From the NCBI GenBank assembly GCA_018304465.1, contig JAGVWC010000008.1, positions 96,001 through 160,000 of the forward strand: a stretch of DNA of 64,000 nt, given 5' to 3'. Positions 59,269-64,000 of this stretch are shown one piece after another (the stretch's first letter is position 1; each line of letters starts with the position of its first letter). Below the pieces are notes generated by a model. That model had not been told where the DNA came from, ran no database searches, and saw only the letters and a program-made list of their open reading frames with translations. The position numbers and the translations under genes are program-made. The DNA comes from Candidatus Iainarchaeum sp. (GTDB lineage Archaea > Iainarchaeota > Iainarchaeia > Iainarchaeales > JAGVWC01).

Positions 59269-59340
59269 CGAGACCGGTGGGACTCGAACCCACAGCCCAC
59301 GGGTTAAAAGCCCGTTGCGCTACCATTGCGCCACGATCCC
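59269..59340 (-). tRNA. tRNA-Lys(TTT)
   Basis: GGGATCG/CGGTCTC acceptor; ACGGG-ctTTTaa-CCCGT. Confidence 0.94.
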
Positions 59341-59431
59341 ATAGTGCAGAAAAAACTGGCAAAAAAAACAGCCAATCTAACCTATTTCTCGTAAAAAAGG
59401 AATATAAAGATTCCTCTAAATAATCCAAAAT

Positions 59432-60075
59432 ATGCCTGTTTTTGGAAAAGGACGGTTAGGCCGGCAACCCCGCAAGTACCTCAATCAAAGCATCGAACGC
59501 ATTCCAATAACTTTTGGAAAACGAAAATATCGCCCCGGAGCCAATAAAGTCTGGCCCAAAAAACTCAATTCCAGAAGCCTGGATCGCATCGAACAAAAAA
59601 TGGGCCTTGATATCACCGGTTTTTTGACCAAAAAAGCAAAAGAACAAGACGAACCGCTTGCGGTTCTGGACTGGGGCTGCGGCGCCGGAACCGCAATCGA
59701 ACAATTGGGAAAAAAACTCGGCGAACGGGTCCACGCGTTCGGTTGCTCCAAAGACAGTTTTCCGTTTGGCGCAGAAAAAAACATTGCACGCTTTTCCTTG
59801 TCACCACAGAAGATTCCCTTCGGGCCGCGCGAAACGACTCATTCGATTTGATTTACAGCTATTTCGGGTTCTACTATCACCGCGACACCGTGTGTCTTGC
59901 CGCATGGATTTCGAAACTAAAAACCGGCGGAAAACTCGTGTTTAATCCCGGGATTGGGCCCTTGGCGTGGGCAACGGAAGAAGTAAAAAAAAGACACCCC
60001 AGTATTCGAATTGAACGCATCGCTAGCCCAAGCGGAGAAAAAACACTTGCGGTAGTAATCACCCGCACCCGATAA
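59432..60075 (+). pseudogene. frameshifted class I SAM-methyltransferase with basic N-terminus
   Basis: VLDWGCGAG in the first ORF; DSFDLIYS and LKTGGKL in the -1 frame (59743-60075). Confidence 0.75.
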
Positions 60076-60077
60076 CT

Positions 60078-61433
60078 TCAGCGTTTGTGAATCGATTTTT
60101 TTCCCGCGAAAGGCTTGGAAGCGCGAGAAACGGGTTTGACCGCTTTTGCCTTGGGGAGCGAGATTTCCTTTTTGTTGTTCATATATTTCCAAAGTACTTT
60201 CGGAACCCGAATGGTTCCGTCTTTGGTCTGGCAGTTTTCAATCAAACAACGCAAAAACCGGGTGGTTGCGATCATCGTGTTATTGAGCGTATGAACGAAT
60301 TCTTTCTCGTTGGTTTTTGCGTTCAAAAACTTGGCGTTCAACCGATGCGCCTGATAGTCGCCGCAATTCGAACACGACATCAATTCGAAATATTTTCCTT
60401 CGCGCGGAGACCAGCCTTCAATATCAAATTTCTTTGACGCGATGACCCCCATGTCCCCCGTGCAAATTAAAACGGTCCGGTACGGGATTTCCAAGGCTTC
60501 CAGCAGTTCTTCGGAATTCTTTCGGATCGCTTCAAAAAAAACAGGCGAATCCGCGGGCTTGCAGAACACGAACTGTTCCACTTTGTTGAACTGGTGCACG
60601 CGAAAAAAACCGCGCTCGTCAAGCCCGTGTTTTCCGATTTCTTTTCGAAAACACGCCGAAACCCCCGCGAACTTTTGCGGCAAATCGTCTTCGGAAAACG
60701 TGTGATTCAAAAACCGCGCACCCAACGGATGCTCGGCGGTCGCGATCAAATACTGATCCGAACCCTCGATTTTGTACATGACTTCCTCGAAATCCGACAA
60801 AGACACCATAGTTTCATACGCTTCGCGTTTAAGCAAGTACGGGGGCTGGACCAAAACAAACCCTTTTTTGATTAACATGTCGATGGCCAGACGCTGCAGA
60901 GCCATATCCAATAACGCCAAGTCCCCGAGCAAGTAAAAAAAACCGCTTCCGGCAACCGACACCGCGTTTTCGAAATCCGCAACCCCAAGACGCTTGGCGA
61001 GCTCGCCGTGATGAATGACTTCAAAAGACGGCTTGGGCGGCTTGCCCCAGGTTTTAGCCGGGACGTTTTCGGAAGAATCTTTTCCATACGGAACAGCCGG
61101 GTCCAGCAAGTTCGGGATCCGAAGCAACAACCAGCGGTTACGCGTTTCCAGTTCCGCGATCCGAACATCGTTTTGTTTGATTTTTTCCGGAAGCGCTTTT
61201 GCTTCCTTAAGCAGATCATCGACCGGTTTTCCCTCTTTTTTTACCTGGTTGATCTGTTGTGAAATTGTATTACGCTTGCTTCGAAGAAAATCGTTTTCAG
61301 ATTTAAGCTGGCGCCATTCCACGTCTTTTTGAATAAGCTCGTCAAACCATTCAAGAATCTGGTCGTCTTGCCGGCGCGACAGATTCGAGCGCACAACGTC
61401 CGGTTTTTCCCGAATAAGATGGATATCCAGCAT
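60078..61433 (-). CDS. serS: seryl-tRNA synthetase
   Basis: MLDI..IR, TAEHP, FRKE.G...RG.FRVHQF.KVEQF, SCSNC.DYQ, HTLN. Confidence 0.97.
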   Translation of the reverse strand: MLDIHLIREKPDVVRSNLSRRQDDQILEWFDELIQKDVEWRQLKSENDFLRSKRNTISQQINQVKKEGKPVDDLLKEAKALPEKIKQNDVRIAELETRNRWLLLRIPNLLDPAVPYGKDSSENVPAKTWGKPPKPSFEVIHHGELAKRLGVADFENAVSVAGSGFFYLLGDLALLDMALQRLAIDMLIKKGFVLVQPPYLLKREAYETMVSLSDFEEVMYKIEGSDQYLIATAEHPLGARFLNHTFSEDDLPQKFAGVSACFRKEIGKHGLDERGFFRVHQFNKVEQFVFCKPADSPVFFEAIRKNSEELLEALEIPYRTVLICTGDMGVIASKKFDIEGWSPREGKYFELMSCSNCGDYQAHRLNAKFLNAKTNEKEFVHTLNNTMIATTRFLRCLIENCQTKDGTIRVPKVLWKYMNNKKEISLPKAKAVKPVSRASKPFAGKKSIHKR

Positions 61434-61478
61434 GTCAAACAGTATGGTAATAAAATACGGGAGAATTAAAAAAACAGT

Positions 61479-62006
61479 ATGAAGCTAGCCGTAATACGAC
61501 TTGGGCACCGGACCGAACGAGACAAACGCATCACCACGCATTGCGCCCTTGTCGCCCGGGCGCTCGGAGCGGAACAAATCGTCCTATGCGGGGAAAAAGA
61601 CGACAAGATCGTCGAAGGCGTTGAAAAAGTCGCCCGCCAATGGGGCGGTAAATTCTACATAACTTATTCCCCGTCGTACCGGACCACGCTGCGCAAATTC
61701 AAAAAACAAAAATACCGACTCGTCCACGCCACGATGTACGGAGAACCGATTCAGCAAGTCGCGAAGAAAATCCGAAAAGAAAAGAAAATCGCGATCGTGG
61801 TCGGAGCCGAAAAAGTTCCGCGGGAAGTCTACGACGAAAGCGATTACAACGTGAGTGTCACGAGTCAGCCGCACAGCGAAGTCGCGGCGCTTGCAATCAT
61901 TCTTCACGAACTGCAAGACGGACGCGAGCTTGACAAAAAATTTCCGAAGGCGAAAATCAAGATCACGCCGCAGACACGCGGAAAAAAAGTTTCGAAGCGG
62001 AACTAA
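61479..62006 (+). CDS. trm56: tRNA (cytidine56-2'-O)-methyltransferase
   Basis: RLGHR.ERDKRITTH, H.TMYG, GAEKVP, QPHSEVAALA. Confidence 0.96.
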   Translation: MKLAVIRLGHRTERDKRITTHCALVARALGAEQIVLCGEKDDKIVEGVEKVARQWGGKFYITYSPSYRTTLRKFKKQKYRLVHATMYGEPIQQVAKKIRKEKKIAIVVGAEKVPREVYDESDYNVSVTSQPHSEVAALAIILHELQDGRELDKKFPKAKIKITPQTRGKKVSKRN

Positions 62007-62047
62007 CACGCAAGTGATTTTTAAATCAATAGCTCCCAAGTATAAAT

Positions 62048-62584
62048 ATGCCCCGCAAGAAAGGATTTCTTCACCTCCCGATCACAGAAGATTTCCTGAA
62101 AACTATTGGCGGAGATTACGCACTCGAACTTGTGCAGATTTGGGAAAAGAAAAAAGGCAATGTTACCGACGAAGAGCTGGCCAAACAACTCAACGTAAAA
62201 ATCACAGAAATTCGGACAGCGCTCAATCGCCTCCACTACCGCGGGATTGCGTGCTACCAAAAAACACGCAACACGAAAACCGGGTGGTACTCCTACACCT
62301 GGTCCATTAAGACGAACCGCATCGCCGAACTCGTCATGGAAAGACAGGCGGAAGAAATCCAAAAAATCAAAAAACGAATGGATTTTGAAAAAAATTATAT
62401 TTACTTTAATTGCAAAAGCGGCTGCACGACCGTCCCATTTGAAGTCGCCACCGAATACCAATTCAAGTGTCCGGAATGCGGCAAGAACCTAGACGAAGAA
62501 AACAGCGTCAAAAAACTAAAAGTGCTCAATCAGCGAATCGATGACATTCGAATTGAGCTTGAAACCATGGAAAAAATGAACTAA
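62048..62584 (+). CDS. tfe: transcription factor E (TFIIE alpha)
   Basis: TDEELA..L..K..EIR..L..L, GWY.Y.W, F.CPECG. Confidence 0.94.
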   Translation: MPRKKGFLHLPITEDFLKTIGGDYALELVQIWEKKKGNVTDEELAKQLNVKITEIRTALNRLHYRGIACYQKTRNTKTGWYSYTWSIKTNRIAELVMERQAEEIQKIKKRMDFEKNYIYFNCKSGCTTVPFEVATEYQFKCPECGKNLDEENSVKKLKVLNQRIDDIRIELETMEKMN

Positions 62585-62700
62585 AAACACAAATACTTGG
62601 ACGCAGAGAGAAAACGAAAGCCTTTTGAAAACAACGCCCAATAGGCTATTTAATGCGTTTTACATCATGAAACGCATTCGAATTGAATCAATATAACAAT

Positions 62701-62775
62701 AGCGGGGTAGGGCAGTCTGGAGTGCCCGTCGGGCTCATAACCCGAAGGTCGGAGGTTCAAATCCTTCCCCCGCTA
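62701..62775 (+). tRNA. initiator tRNA-Met(CAT)
   Basis: A1-U72 pair, three G-C pairs in the anticodon stem (GGG-ctCATaa-CCC). Confidence 0.95.
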
Positions 62776-63241
62776 TTAAGGCAAAAATGCAGTATAATCT
62801 TGTTCTTTTGAGCCCGCCTCACTACCCGATACTTGAGTTCAATCGAATCAAAAAGGGCAGAAAACGCCGTTTTAAGTGAAATCACTTTCTCGTTTTGTGT
62901 GCTAACTGATGGAGCCTGAGATGGCACCCCCAAAAAATCGACCTCACAAACCCTATACGGCAATCCCCACACCCCGGGGCGAACAAGAGCCTAAAGTAAG
63001 CGGCCTCACAAACGTAAACAGTTGACCACCCAATTAAAACCGATATTAAATAGCGTAAACGGCATTTTAACACCCCCTCACTTCCCCTAATCGCCCATCT
63101 CACGCCAATAAACTACCGAAAATCAAAAATACCCTGCCTCACAAATCAAAAAAGCCCTTTCGACGACAAAAAGTAGGTCGAAGTTGAAACAAAAAGCATA
63201 TCACCACCTATGGAAAAGTCCAAAAAAGCCATTTTTTAGTA

Positions 63242-63335
63242 ATTACAGGTAATGATTATGATGATATATCATTACAGTAATTAAAATACGTAATTACAGT
63301 AAAGATTATTATTACCTATCATCATTATAGTAATG
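63242..63335. promoter_or_regulatory. cluster of four ATTAC-N-GTAAT palindrome variants
   Basis: Copies at 63242, 63271, 63293 and 63324 in an AT-rich tract upstream of a wHTH-like gene. Confidence 0.55.
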
Positions 63336-63345
63336 AGGGAAAACA

Positions 63346-63786
63346 GTGTTTGAAAAGATTAAAATCGCAATAATTAGGCTTCTTGGCGGAAAGTATATCC
63401 CGCCAAAGCCAAAAGCACCCCAAACCCAAGAATCTATTGGTCCGCAAGAAATCCACACTCTATGGGATTACCTTACGTTCAGGGAAAATACCCAAGCCCA
63501 CCATTTAAGCACCGTTATTGGATTTGAAGAACTGGTGGATATGGACGAAATCAGACGGCGTATTCAAGAAATATTCCATGTCGAATACAAAAACGAACGC
63601 AGTTTGTACCCATACCTAAAAACTTTAGTGGACATTGGACTGTTTGAAACAATGGACGTAGGCGGAAAACGAAAATGGCGAAAAAAACCGGTCTTGCTTC
63701 GAAAACGCCCCGTCACGGAAGAAGAGGACGCGATGGCGGCGGTTACAGCGCAACAAAGCCCAAATCGCACCCCTTTAGACCGTTAA
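63346..63786 (+). CDS. winged-helix-like DNA-binding protein
   Basis: SLYPYLKTLVDIGLFE...GGKRKWR wing-like segment; GAGG RBS. Confidence 0.65.
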   Translation: MFEKIKIAIIRLLGGKYIPPKPKAPQTQESIGPQEIHTLWDYLTFRENTQAHHLSTVIGFEELVDMDEIRRRIQEIFHVEYKNERSLYPYLKTLVDIGLFETMDVGGKRKWRKKPVLLRKRPVTEEEDAMAAVTAQQSPNRTPLDR

Positions 63787-63795
63787 GGATCCCCC

Positions 63796-64000
63796 ATGCC
63801 CCGCGTATCTATTGTCTGTTATTTAGACCCCAAGACTGAACGCCGAGTGCGTTCAATACAACAGAAAATCGCGTTGTCAACTGGAAGTCGTGCAAGCCTA
63901 ACCGAATGGAAACCTCACCTTACAGTAGGCGATGGAATTATCATCCCCAAACAACAGCAAAAACAATTCTTTCTGAAGGTTAAGGCCGCGCTTGGGAACA
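63796..64000 (+). CDS. 2H phosphoesterase / 2'-5' RNA ligase family protein (partial)
   Basis: Hand translation MPRVSIVCYLD...WKPHLTVG (HxT motif). Confidence 0.65.
   Translation, partial: MPRVSIVCYLDPKTERRVRSIQQKIALSTGSRASLTEWKPHLTVGDGIIIPKQQQKQFFLKVKAALGN

Noticed and set aside
141-63770. Many overlapping 60-240 aa ORFs in the track (e.g. 313-696, 11247-11951, 33445-34182, 45826-46356)
   Set aside because: Shadow frames of well-supported genes. Alternative + frames are also K/R/P-rich because of the skew, so only ORFs occupying their own intergenic space were counted as basic orphans.
1-64000. CRISPR array, rRNA, transposase or integrase
   Set aside because: No regularly spaced direct repeats, rRNA-like tracts, or DDE/tyrosine-recombinase motifs were seen.
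62776-64000. Provirus integrated at tRNA-Met
   Set aside because: No integrase, att duplication or viral genes within the window; cannot be supported.

Overview
Chromosomal segment of an archaeon, with hjc, archaeal dnaG, rnp4, an rps19e-L39e-L31e-aIF6-LX-pfdA-ftsY operon, radA, GGGP synthase, trm56 and tfe. The compact layout and gene content suggest a DPANN lineage, possibly Iainarchaeota/Diapherotrites-like; this is inferred, not tested. RNA genes: seven tRNAs (two with introns, one of them a 44-nt D-loop intron with a perfect BHB motif) and the SRP RNA. Selfish elements: three inteins (one in SRP54, two in a class II ribonucleotide reductase) and a free-standing LAGLIDADG endonuclease between the two intron-bearing tRNAs. 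The most striking unexplained feature is about 16 scattered orphan proteins with long, very basic, non-hydrophobic N-termini. Several carry divergent signalling or modifying domains (GGDEF-like, kinase-like, GNAT-like, SAM-methyltransferase, HTH, tandem [D/E]RR repeats), and four lie convergently right behind tRNA/SRP genes; together they are a candidate exported-effector or nucleic-acid-targeted repertoire. Also notable: a full-length RelA-like enzyme, a ~1000-aa surface protein rich in D-x-N motifs with a probable ATA start, a candidate structured ribosomal-protein leader, and strong orientation-independent strand skew. No rRNA, CRISPR array, transposase or integrase was seen. All calls come from reading the sequence; no database searches were run.
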